Source: Eledone cirrhosa
Lineage: Eukaryota
Direction: 5' to 3'
NCBI GenBank assembly: GCA_964016885.1
Contig: CAXHJY010000696.1
Location: forward strand, 577-64,576
DNA: 64,000 nt
Notes under the pieces: model-generated
Told to the model about the DNA's origin: nothing
Seen by the model: only the letters and a program-made list of their open reading frames with translations
Databases searched by the model: none
Program-made: the position numbers and the translations under genes
Shown: positions 13,846 to 26,640 of the stretch, piece after piece
Numbering within the stretch: position 1 is the stretch's first letter
Layout of the letters: each line of letters opens with the position of its first letter

Positions 13846-16800
13846 GAACGACGGAAGGAGTGGAAGGAAGTATGGTTGTAATGATGTATTGAAGGAAGGA
13901 GTGGAAAGGAACTATGACTGTAATGATGTATTGAAGGAAGGAGTGGAAGGAAGTATGACTGTAAGGATGTATTGAAGGAAGGAGTGGTAGGAAGTATGAC
14001 TGTAATGATGTATTGAAGGAAGGAAGGAGTAGAAGGAAGTATGACTGTAATGATGTATTGAATGAAGGAAGGAGAGGAAGGAAGTATGACTGTAATGATG
14101 TATTGAAGGAAGGAAGGAGTGAAAGGAAGTAAGACTGTAATGATATATTGAAGGAAGGAAGGAAAGAGTGCAAGGAAGTATGACTGTAATGATGTATTGA
14201 AGGAAGGAAGGAAGGAAGGAGTGGAAGGAAGAATGACTGTAATGATGTATTGAAGGAAGGAAGGAGTGGAAAGGAAGTATGACTGTAATGATGTATTGAA
14301 GGAAGGAAGGAGTGGAAGGAAGTATGTCTGTAATGATGTATTGAAGGAAGGAAGGAGTGGAAGGAAGTATGTCTGTAATGATGTATTGAAGGAAGGAAGA
14401 AAGGAGTGGAAGGAAGTATGACTGTAATGACGTATTGAAGTAAGGAATGAGTGGAAGGAAGTATGTCTGTAATGATGTATTGAAGGAGGGAAGGAAGGAG
14501 TGGAAGGAAGTATGTCTGTAATGATGTATTGAAGGAAGGAAGGAGTGGAATGAAGTATGACTGTAATGATGTATTGAAGGAAGGAAGGAGTGGAAAGATG
14601 TATGACTGTAATGATGTATTGAAGGAAGGAAGGAGTGGAAGGAAGTATGACTGTAATGATGTATTGAAGGAAGGAAGGAGTGGAAGGAAGTATGACTGTA
14701 ATGACGTATTGAAGTAAGGAATGAGTGGAAGGAAGTATGTCTGTAATGATGTATTGAAGGAGGGAAGGAAGGAGTGGAAGGAAGTATGTCTGTAATGATG
14801 TATTGAAGGAAGGAAGGAGTGGAATGAAGTATGACTGTACTGAGGTATTGAAGGAAGGAAGGAGTGGAAGGAAGTATGACTGTAATGACGTATTGAAGGA
14901 AGGAAGGAGTGGAAGGAAGTATGACTGTAATGATGTATTGAAGGAAGGAAGGAGTGGAAGGAAGTATGTCTGTAATGATGTATTGAAGGAGGGATGGAAG
15001 GAGTGGAAGGAAGTATGACTGTCATGATGTATTGAAGGAAGGAAGGAAGGAGTGGAAGGAAGTATGACTGTAATGATGTATTGAAAGAAGGAAGGAGTGG
15101 AAGGAAGTATTCTTTAATGATGTATTGAATGAGGGAAGGAAGGAGTGGAAGGAAGTATGACTGTAATGATGTATTGAAGGAAGGAAGGAAGGAGTGGAAG
15201 GAGGTATGACTGTAATGATGTATTGAAGGAAGGAAGGAGTGGAAGGAAGTATGACTCTAATGATGTATTGAAGGAAGGAAGGAGTGGATGGTAATATGAC
15301 TGTAATGATGTATTGAAAGAAGGAAGGAGTAGAAGGAAGTATTCTTTAATGATGTATTGAATGAGGGAAGGAAGGAGTGGAAGGAAGTATGACTGTAATG
15401 ATGTATTGAAGGAATGAAGGAAGGAGTGGAAGGAGGTATGACTGTAATGATGTATTGAAGGAAGGAAGGAGTGGAAGGAAGTATGACTCTAATGATGTAT
15501 TGAAGGAAGGAAGGAGTGGATGGTAATATGACTGTAATGATGTATTGAAGGAGGGAAGGAAGGAGTGGAAGAAAGTATGACTGTAATGATGTACTGAAAG
15601 AGGGAAGAAGTGGCAGGAAGTATGTATGTAATGATGAAATGAAGGAGGGAAGGAAGGAGTGGAAGGAAGTATGACCGTAATGATGTATTGAAGGAAGGAA
15701 GGAGTGGAAGGAAGTATGACTGTAATGATGTATTGAAGGAGGGAAGGAAGGAGTGGAAGGAAGTACGTCTGTAATGATGTATTGTAGGAAGGAAGGAGTG
15801 GAAGGAAATATGTCTGTAATGATATATTGAAGGAGAGAAGAAAGGAGTGGAAGGAAGTATGACTGTAATGATGTATTGAAGGAGGGAAGGAAGGAGTGGA
15901 AGGAGGTATGACTGTAATGATGTATTGAAGGAAGGAAGGAGTGGAAGGAAGTATGACTGTAATGATGTATTGAAGGAAGGAAGGAGTGGATGGAAATATG
16001 ACTGTAATGATGTATTGAAGGAGGGAAGGAAGGAGTGGAAGAAAGTATGACTGTAATGATGTACTGAAAGAGGGAAGGTGTGGAAGGAAGTATGTCTGTA
16101 ATGATGTATTGAAGGAGGGAAGAAAGGAGTGGAATGAAGTATGGCCGTAATGATGTATTGAAGGAAGGAAGGAGTGGAAGGAAGTATGACTGTAATGATG
16201 TATTGAAGAAAGGAAGGAGTGGAAGGAAGTATGACTGTAATGATGTATTGAAGGAAGGAAGGAGTGGAAGGAAGTATGACTGTAATGATGTATTGAAGGA
16301 GGAAAGGAAGGAGTGGATGGAAGTACGACTGTAATGATGTATTGAAGGAGGGAAGGAAGGAGTGGAAGCAAGTATGACTGTAATGATGTATTGAACGACG
16401 GAAGGAGTGGAAGGAAGTATGGTTGTAATGATGTATTGAAGGAAGGAGTAGAAGGAAGTATGACTATAATGATGTATTGAATGAAGGAAGGAGAGGAAGG
16501 AAGTAAGACTGTATTGATATATTGAAGTAAGGAAGGAAAGAGTGCAAGGAAGTATGACTGTAATGATGTATTGAAGGAAGGAAGGAAGGAGTGGAAGGAA
16601 GAATGACTGTAATGATGTATTGAAGGAAGGAAGGAGTGGAAAGGAAGTATGACTGTAATGATGTATTGAAGGAAGGAAGGAGTGGAAGGAAGTATGTCTG
16701 TAATGATGTATTGAAGGAAGGAAGGAGTGGAAGGAAGTATGACTGTAATGATGTATTGAAGGAAGGAAGGAGTGGAAGGAAGTATGTCTGTAATGATGTA

Positions 16801-19800
16801 TTGAAGGAAGGAAGAAAGGAGTGGAAGGAAGTATGACTGTAATGATGTATTGAAGGAAGGAAGGAGTGGAAGGAAGTATGTCTGTAATGATGTATTGAAG
16901 GAAGGAAGAAAGGAGTGGAAGGAAGTATGACTGTAATGACGTATTGAAGTAAGGAATGAGTGGAAGGAAGTATGTCTGTAATGATGTATTGAAGGAGGGA
17001 AGGAAGAAGTGGAAGGAAGTATGTATTGAAGGAAGGAAGGAGTGGAAGGAAGTATGACTGTAATGATGTATTGAAGGAAGGAAGGAGTGGAGAGATGTAT
17101 GACTGTAATGATGTATTGAAGGAAGGAAGGAGTGGAAGGAAGTATGACTGTAATGACGTATTGAAGGAAGGAAGGAGTGGAAGGAAGTATGACTGTAATG
17201 ATGTATTGAAGGAAGGAAGGAGTGGAAGGAAGTATGACTGTAATGATGTATTGAAAGAAGGAAGGAGTGGAAGGAAGTATTCTTTAATGATGTATTGAAT
17301 GAGGGAAGGAAGGAGTGGAAGGAAGTATGACTGTAATGATGTATTGAAGGAAGGAAGGAAGGAGTGGAAGGAGGTATGACTGTAATGATGTATTGAAGGA
17401 AGGAAGGAGTGGATGGTAATATGACTGTAATGATGTATTGAAGGAGGGAAGGAAGGAGTGGAAGAAACTATGACTGTAATGATGTACTGAAAGAGGGAAG
17501 AAGTGGCAGGAAGTATGTATGTAATGATGAAATGAAGGAGGGAAGGAAGGAGTGGAAGGAAGTATGACCGTAATGATGTATTGAAGGAAGGAAGGAGTGG
17601 AAGGAAGTATGACTGTAATGATGTATTGAAGGAGGGAAGGAAGGAGTGGAAGGAAGTACGTCTGTAATGATGTATTGTAGGAAGGAAGGAGTTGAAGGAA
17701 ATATGTCTGTAATGATATATTGAAGGAGAGAAGAAAGGAGTGGAAGGAAGTATGACTGTAATGATGTATTGAAGGAGGGAATGAAGGAGTGGAAGGAGGT
17801 ATGACTGTAATGATGTATTGAAGGAAGGAAGGAGTGGAAGGAAGTATGACTGTAATGATGTATTGAACGACGGAAGGAGTGGAAGGAAGTATGGTTGTAA
17901 TGATGTATTGAAGGAAGGAGTGGAAAGGAACTATGACTGTAATGATGTATTGAAGGAAGGAGTGGAAGGAAGTATGACTGTAAGGATGTATTGAAGGAAG
18001 GAAGGAGTAGAAGGAACTATGACTGTAATGATGTATTGAAGGAAGGAGTGGAAGGAAGTATGACTGTAAGGATGTATTGAAGGAAGGAGTGGAAAGGAAG
18101 TATGACTGTAATGATGTATTGAAGGAAGGAAGGAGTAGAAGGAAGTATGACTGTAATGATGTATTGAATGAAGGAAGGAGAGGAAGGAAGTATGACTGTA
18201 ATGATGTATTGAAGGAAGGAAGGAGTGAAAGGAAGTATGACTGTAATGATGTATTGAAGGAAGGAAAGAAGGAGTGGAAGGAAGAATGACTGTAATGATG
18301 TATTGAAGGAAGGAAGGAGTGGAAGGAAGTATGTATGTAATGATGTATTGAAGGAAGGAAGGAGTGGAAGGAAGTATGTCTGTAATGATGTATTGAAGGA
18401 AGGAAGAAAGGAGTGGAAGGAAGTATGACTGTAATGATGTATTGAAGGAAGGAGTGGAAGGAAGTATGTCTGTAATGATGTATTGAAGGAGGGAAGGAAG
18501 GAGTGGAAGGAAGTATGTATGTAATGATGTATTGAAGGAAGGAGGGAGTGGGAGGAAGTATGACTGTAATGATGTATTGAAGGAAGGAAGGAGTGGAAGA
18601 AAGTATGACTGTAATGATGTATTGTAGGAAGGAAGGAGTTGAAGGAAATATGTCTGTAATGATATATTGAAGGAGAGAAGAAAGGAGTGGAAGGAGGTAT
18701 GACTGTAATGATGTATTGAAGGAAGGAAGGAGTGGAAGGAAGTATGACTGTAATGATGTATTGAAGGAAGGAAGGAGTGGAAGAAAGTATGACTGTAATG
18801 ATGTATTGATGGAGGGAAGGAAGGAGTGGAAGGAGGTATGACTGTAATGATGTATTGAAGGAAGGAAGGAGTGGAAGGAAGTATGACTGTAATGATGTAT
18901 TGAAGGAAGGAAGGAGTGGATGGAAATATGACTGTAATGATGTATTGAAGGAGGGAAGGAAGGGGTGGAAGAAAGTATGATTGTAATGATGTATTGAAGG
19001 AGGGAAGAAAATAGTGGAATGAAGTATGACCGTAATGATGTATTGAAGGAAGGAAGGAGTGGAAGGAAGTATGAATGTAATGATGTATTGAATGGGGGAA
19101 GGAAGGAGTGAAAGGAAGTACGACTGTAATGATGTATTGAATGAGGCAAGGAAGGAGTGGAAGGAAGTATGACTGTAATGATGTATTGAAGGAAGGAAGG
19201 AGTGGAAGGAAGTATGACTGTAATGATGTATTGAAGGAGGAAAGGAAGGAGTGGATGGAAGTACGACTGTAATGATGTATTGAACGACGGAAGGAGTGGA
19301 AGGAAGTATGGTTGTAATGATGTATTGAAGGAAGGAGTGGAAAGGAACTATGACTGTAATGATGTATTGAAGGAAGGAGTGGAAGGAAGTATGACTGTAA
19401 GGATGTATTGAAGGAAGGAAGGAGTAGAAGGAACTATGACTGTAATGATGTATTGAAGGAAGGAGTGGAAGGAAGTATGACTGTAAGGATGTATTGAAGG
19501 AAGGAGTGGAAAGGAAGTATGACTGTAATGATGTATTGAAGGAAGGAAGGAGTAGAAGGAAGTATGACTGTAATGATGTATTGAATGAAGGAAGGAGAGG
19601 AAGGAAGTATGACTGTAATGATGTATTGAAGGAAGGAAGGAGTGAAAGGAAGTAAGACTGTAATGATATATTGAAGGAAGGAAGGAAAGAGTGCAAGGAA
19701 GTATGACTGTAATGATGTATTGAAGGAAGGAAAGAAGGAGTGGAAGGAAGAATGACTGTAATGATGTATTGAAGGAAGGAAGGAGTGGAAGGAAGTATGT

Positions 19801-22800
19801 ATGTAATGATGTATTGAAGGAAGGAAGGAGTGGAAGGAAGTATGTCTGTAATGATGTATTGAAGGAAGGAAGGAGTGGAAGGAAGTATGTCTGTAATGAT
19901 GTATTGAAGGAGGGAAGGAAGGAGTGGAAGGAAGTATGTATGTAATGATGTATTGAAGGAAGGAAGGAGTGGAAGGAAGTATGACTGTAATGATGTATTG
20001 AAGGAAGGAAGGAGTGGAAATATGTATGACTGTAATGATGTATTGAAGGAAGGAAGGAGTGGAAGGAAGTATGACTGTAATGATGTATTGAAGGAAGGAA
20101 GGAGTGGAAGGAAGTATGTCTGTAATGATGTATTGAAGGAGGGATGGAAGGAGTGGAAGGAAGTATGACTGTAATGATGCATTGAAGGAAGGAAGGAAGG
20201 AGTGGAAGGAAGTATGACTGTAATGATGTATTGAAGGAAGGAAGGAAGGAGTGGAAGGAAGTATGACTGTAATGATGTATTGAGGGAAGGAAGGAAGGAG
20301 TGGAAGGAAGTATGACTGTAATGATGTATTGAAGGAAGGAAGGAAGGAGTGGAAGGAAGTATGACTGTAATGATGTATTGAAGGAAGGAAGGAAGGAGTG
20401 GAAGGAAGTATGACTGTAATGATGTATTGAAGGAAGGAAGGAGTGGAAGGAAGTATGACTGTAATGATGTATTGAAGGAAGGACGAAGTGGAAGGAAGTA
20501 TGACTGTAATGATGTATTGAAGGAAGGAAGGAAGGAGGGGAAGAAAGTATGACTGTAATGATGTATTGAAGGAAGGACGAAGTGGAAGGAAGTATGACTG
20601 TAATGATGTATTGAAGGAGTGAAGGAAGGAGTGGAAGGAAGTATGTCTGTAATGATGTATTGAAGGAAGGAAGGAGTGGAAGGAAGTATGACTGTAATGA
20701 TGTATTGAAGGAAGGAAGGAAGGAGTGGAAGGAAGTATGACTGTAATGATGTATTGAAGGAGTGAAGGAAGGAGTGGAAGGAAGTATGACTGTAATGATG
20801 CATTGAAGGAAGGAAGGAAGGAGTGGAAGGAAGTATGACTGTAATGATGTATTGAAGGAGGGAAGGACGGAGTGGAAGGAAGTATGACTGTAATGATGTA
20901 TTGAAGGAGTGAAGGAAGGAGTGGAAGGAAGTATGACTGTAATGATGTATTGAAGGAAGGAAGGAAGGAGTGGAAGGAAGTATGACTGTAATGATGTATT
21001 GAAGGAGTGAAGGAAGGAGTGGAAGGAAGTATGACTGTAATGATGCATTGAAGGAAGGAAGGAAGGAGTGGAAGGAAGTATGACTGTAAGGATGTATTTA
21101 AGGAAGGAATGAGTGGAAGGAAGTATGACTGTAATGATGTATTGAAGGAAGCAAGGAGTTGAAGGAAGTATGACTGTGATGATGTATTGAAGGAAGGAAG
21201 GAGAGGAAGAAAGTATGACTGTAATGATGTATTGAAGGAAGGAAGGAAGGAGTGGAAGGAAGTATGACTGTAATGATGTATTGAAGGAAGCAAGGAGTTG
21301 AAGGAAGTATGACTGTGATGATGTATTGAAGGAAGGAAGGAGTGGAAGGAATTATGACTGTGATGATGTATTGAAGGAAGGAAGGAGTGGAAGGAAGTAT
21401 GTCTGTAATGATGTATTGAAGGAAGGAAGGAAGGAGTGTAAGGAAGTATGACTGTAATGATGTATTGAAGGCAGGAAGAAGTGGAAGGAAGTATGACTGT
21501 AATGATGTACTGAAAGAGGGAAGAAGTGGCAGGAAGTATGTATGTAATGATGAAATGAAGGAGGGAAGGAAGGAGTGGAAGGAAATATGACTGTAATGAT
21601 GCATTGAAGGAAGGAAGGAGTGAAAGGAAGTATGACTGTAATGATGTATTGAAGGAACGAAGGAAGGAGTGGAAGGAACTATGACTGTGATGATGAATTG
21701 AAGGAAGGAAGGAGTGGAAGGAAGTATGTCTGTAATGATGTATTGAAGGAAGGAGTGGAAGGAAGTACGTCTGTAATGATGTATTCTAGGAAGGAAGGAG
21801 TTGAAGGAAATATGTCTGTAATGATGTATTGAAGGAAGGAAGGAGTGGAAGGAAGTATGTCTGTAATGATGTATTGAAGGAAGGAAGGAGTGGAAGGAAG
21901 TATGACTGTAATGATGTATTGAAGGAAGGAAGGAGTGGAAGGAAGTATGACTGTAATGATGTATTGAAGGAAGGAGGGAGTGGAAGGAAGTATGACTGTA
22001 ATGATGTATTGAAGGAAGGAAGGAGTGGAAGGAAGTATGACTGTAATGATGTATTGAAGGAAGGAAGGAGTGGAAGGAAGTATGTCTGTAATGATGTATT
22101 GAAGGAAGGAAGGAGTGGAAGAAAGTATGACTGTAATGATGTATTGAAGGAAGGAAGGAAGGAGTGGAAGGAAGTATGACTGTAATGATGTATTGAAGGA
22201 AGGAGGGAGTGGGAGGAAGTATGACTGTAATGATGTATTGAAGGAAGGAAGGAGTGGAAGAAAGTATGACTGTAATGATGTATTGAAGGAAGGAGTGGAA
22301 GGAAGTATGTCTGTAATGATGTATTGATGGAGGGAAGGAAGGAGTGGAAGGAGGTATGACTGTAATGATGTATTGAATGAAGGAAGGAGTGGAAGGAAGT
22401 ATGACTGTAATGATGCATTGAAGGAAGGAAGGAGTGGATGGAAATATGACTGTAATGATGTATTGAAGGAGGGAAGGAAGGAGTGGAAGAAAGTATGACT
22501 GTAATGATGTACTGAAAGAGGGAAGGTGTGGAAGGAAGTATGTCTGTAATGATGTATTGAAGGAGGGAAGAAAATAGTGGAATGAAGTATGACCGTAATG
22601 ATATATTGAAGGAAGGAAGGAGTGGAAGGAAGTATGAATGTAATGATGTATTGAATGGGGGAAGGAAGGAGTGAAAGGAAGTACGACTGTAATGATGTAT
22701 TGAATGAGGCAAGGAAGGAGTGGAAGGAAGTATGACTGTAATGATGTATTGAAGGAAGGAAGGAGTGGCAGGAAGTATGACTGTAATGATGTATTGAAGG

Positions 22801-25800
22801 AGGAAAGGAAGGAGTGGATGGAAGTACGACTGTAATGATGTATTGAAGGAGGGAAGGAAGGAGTGGAAGGAAGTATGACTGTAATGATGTATTGAACGAC
22901 GGAAGGGGTGGAAGGAAGTATGGTTGTAATGATGTATTGAAGGAAGGAGTGGAAAGGAACTATGACTGTAATGATGTATTGAAGGAAGGAGTGGAAGGAA
23001 GTATGAATGTAAGGATGTATTGAAGGAAGGAGTGGTAGGAAGTATGACTGTAATGATGTATTGAAGGAAGGAAGGAGTAGAAGGAAGTATGACTGTAATG
23101 ATGTATTGAATGAAGGAAGGAGAGGAAGGAAGTATGACTGTAATGATGTATTGAAGGAAGGAAGGAGTGAAAGGAAGTAAGACTGTAATGATATATTGAA
23201 GGAAGGAAGGAAAGAGTGCAAGGAAGTATGACTGTAATGATGTATTGAAGGAAGGAAAGAAGGAGTGGAAGGAAGAATGACTGTAATGATGTATTGAAGG
23301 AAGGAAGGAGTGGAAAGGAAGTATGACTGTAATGATGTATTGAAGGAAGGAAGGAGTGGAAAGGAAGTATGTCTGTAATGATGTATTGAAGTAAGGAAGG
23401 AGTGGAAGGAAGTATGACTGTAATGATGTATTGAAGGAAGGAATGAGTGGAAGGAAGTATGTCTGTAATGATGTATTGAAGGAAGGAAGAAAGGAGTGGA
23501 AGGAAGTATGTCTGTAATGATATATTGAAGGAAGGAAGGAGTGGAAGGAAGTATGTCTGTAATGATGTATTGAAGGAAGGAAGAAAGGAGTGGAAGGAAG
23601 TATGTCTGTAATGATGTATTGAAGGAAGGAATGAGTGGAAGGAAGTATGTCTGTAATGATGTATTGAAGTAAGGAATGAGTGGAAGGAAGTATGTCTGTA
23701 ATGATGTATTGAAGGAGGGATGGAAGAAGTGGAAGGAAGTATGTCTGTAATGATGTATTGAAGGAAGGAAGGAGTGGAAGGAAGTATGACTGTAATGATG
23801 TATTGAAGGAAGGAAGGAGTGGAAAGATGTATGACTGTAATGATGTATTGAAGGAAGGAAGGAGTGGAAGGAAGTATGACTGTAATGACGTATTGAAGGA
23901 AGGAAGGAGTGGAAGGAAGTATGACTGTAATGATGTATTGAAGGAAGGAAGGAGTGGAAGGAAGTATGTCTGTAATGATGTATTGAAGGAAGGAAGGAGT
24001 GGAAGGAAGTATGACTGTAATGATGTATTGAAGGAAGGAAGGAGTGGAAGGAAGTATGACTGTAATGATGTATTGAAGGAAGGAAGGAAGGAGTGGAAGG
24101 AAGTATGACTGTAATGATGTATTGAAGGAAGGAAGGAGTGGAAGGGAGTATGTCTGTAATGATGTATTGAAGGAGGGATGGAAGGAGTGGAAGGAAGTAT
24201 GACTGTCATGATGTATTGAAGGAAGGAAGGAAGGAGTGGAAGGAAGTATGACTGTAATGATGTATTGAAGGACGGAAGGAAGGCGTCGAAGGAAGTATGC
24301 CTGTAATGATGTATTGAAGGAGGGAAGGAAGGAGTGGAAGGAAGTATGACTGTAATGATGTATTGAAGGAAGGAAGGAGTGGATGGAAGTATGTCTGTAA
24401 TGATATATTGAAGGAGGGAAGGAAGGAGGGGAAGAAAGTATGACTGTAATGATGTATTGAAGGAAGGAAGAAGTGGAAGGAAGTATGACTGTAATGATGT
24501 ATTGAAGGAAGGAAGGAGTGGAAGGAAGTATGACTGTAATGATGTATTGAAGGAAGGAAGAAGTGGAAGGAAGTATGACTGTAATGATGTATTGAAGGAA
24601 GGAAGGAGTGGAAGGAAGTATGACTGTAATGATGTATTGAAGGAAGGAAGGAAGGAGTGGAAGGAAGTATGACTGTAATGATGTATTGAAGGAAGGAAGG
24701 AGTGGAAGGGAGTATGACTGTAATGATGTATTGAAGGAGGGAAGGAAGGCGTCGAAGGAAATATGACTGTAATGATGTATTGAAGGAAGGAGTGGAAGGA
24801 AGTATGACTGTAATGATGTATTGAAGGAAGCAAGGAGTGGAAGGAAGTATGACTGTAATGACGTATTGAAGGAAGGAGTGGAAGGAAGTATGTCTGTAAT
24901 GATTTATTGAAGGAAGGAGTTGAAGGAAGTATGACTGTAATGATGTATTGAAGGAAGGAAGGAGTGGAAGGAAGTATGACTGTAATGATGTATTGAAGGA
25001 GGGAAGGAAGGCGTCGAAGGAAATATGACTGTAATGATGTATTGAAGGAAGGAGTGGAAGGAAGTATGACTGTAATGATGTATTGAAGGAATGAAGGAGT
25101 GGAAGGAAGTATGACTGTAATGATGTATTGAAGGAGGGAAGGAAGGCGTCGAAGGAAGTATGACTGTAATGATGTATTGAAGGAAGGAAGGAGTGGAAGG
25201 AAGTATGACTGTAATGATGTATTGAAGGAAGGAAGGAGTGGAAGGAAGTATGACTGTAATGACGTATTGAAGGAAGGAGTGGAAGGAAGTATGTCTGTAA
25301 TGATTTATTGAAGGAAGGAGTTGAAGGAAGTATGACTGTAATGATGTATTGAAGGAGGGAAGGAAGGCGTCGAAGGAAGTATGACTGTAATGATGTATTG
25401 AAGGAAGGAAGGAGTGGAAGGAAGTATGACTGTAATGATGTATTGAAGGAAGGAAGGAGTGGAAGGAAGTATGACTGTAATGATGTATTGAAGGAAGGAA
25501 GGAGTGGAAGGAAGTATGACTGTAATGACGTATTGAAGGAAGGAAGGAGTGGAAGGAAGTATGACTGTAATGATGTATTGAAGGAGGGAAGGAAGGCGTC
25601 GAAGGAAGTATGACTGTAATGATGTATTGAAGGAAGGAAGGAGTGGAAGGAAGTATGACTGTAATGATGTATTGAAGGAAGGAAGGAGTGGAAGGAAGTA
25701 TGACTGTAATGATGTATTGAAGGAAGGAAGGAGTGGAAGGAAGTATGACTGTAATGACGTATTGAAGGAAGGAGTGGAAGGAAGTATGACTGTAATGATT

Positions 25801-26279
25801 TATTGAAGGAAGGAGTTGAAGGAAGTATGACTGTAATGATGTATTGAAGGAGGGAAGGAAGGCGTCGAAGGAAGTATGACTGTAATGATGTATTGAAGGA
25901 ATGAAGGAGTGGAAGGAAGTATGACTGTAATGATGTATTGAAGGAGGGAAGGAAGGCGTCGAAGGAAGTATGACTGTAATGATGTATTGAAGGAAGGAAG
26001 GAGTGGAAGGAAGTATGACTGTAATGATGTATTGAAGGAGGGAAGGAAGGCGTCGAAGGAAGTATGACTGTAATGATGTATTGAAGGAAGGAAGGAGTGG
26101 AAGGAAGTATGACTGTAATGATGTATTGAAGGAAGGAAGGAGTGGAAGGAAGTATGACTGTAATGACGTATTGAAGGAAGGAGTGGAAGGAAGTATGTCT
26201 GTAATGATTTATTGAAGGAAGGAGTTGAAGGAAGTATGACTGTAATGATGTATTGAAGGAAGGAAGGAGTGGAAGGAAG

Positions 26280-26640
26280 TATGACAGTAATGATGTATTG
26301 AAGGAAGGAAGGAGTGGAAGGAAGTATGACTGTAATGACGTATTGAAGGAAGGAAGGAGTGGAAGGAAGTATGACAGTAATGATGTATTGAAGGAAGGAA
26401 GGAGTGGAAGGAAGTATGACTGTAATGATGTATTGAAGGAAGGAAGGAGTGGAAGGAAGTATGACAGTAATGATGTATTGAAGGAAGGAAGGAGTGGAAG
26501 GAAGTATGACTGTAATGACGTATTGAAGGAAGGAAGGAGTGGAAGGAAGTATGACAGTAATGATGTATTGAAGGAAGGAAGGAGTGGAAGGAAGTATGAC
26601 TGTAATGATGTATTGAAGGAAGGAAGCAGTGGAAGGAAGT
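26280..26640. repeat. 90-bp dimer nested in a 180-bp tetramer
   Basis: GACAGT at 26283, 26373, 26463, 26553; GACG variant at 26337 and 26517. Confidence 0.85.
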
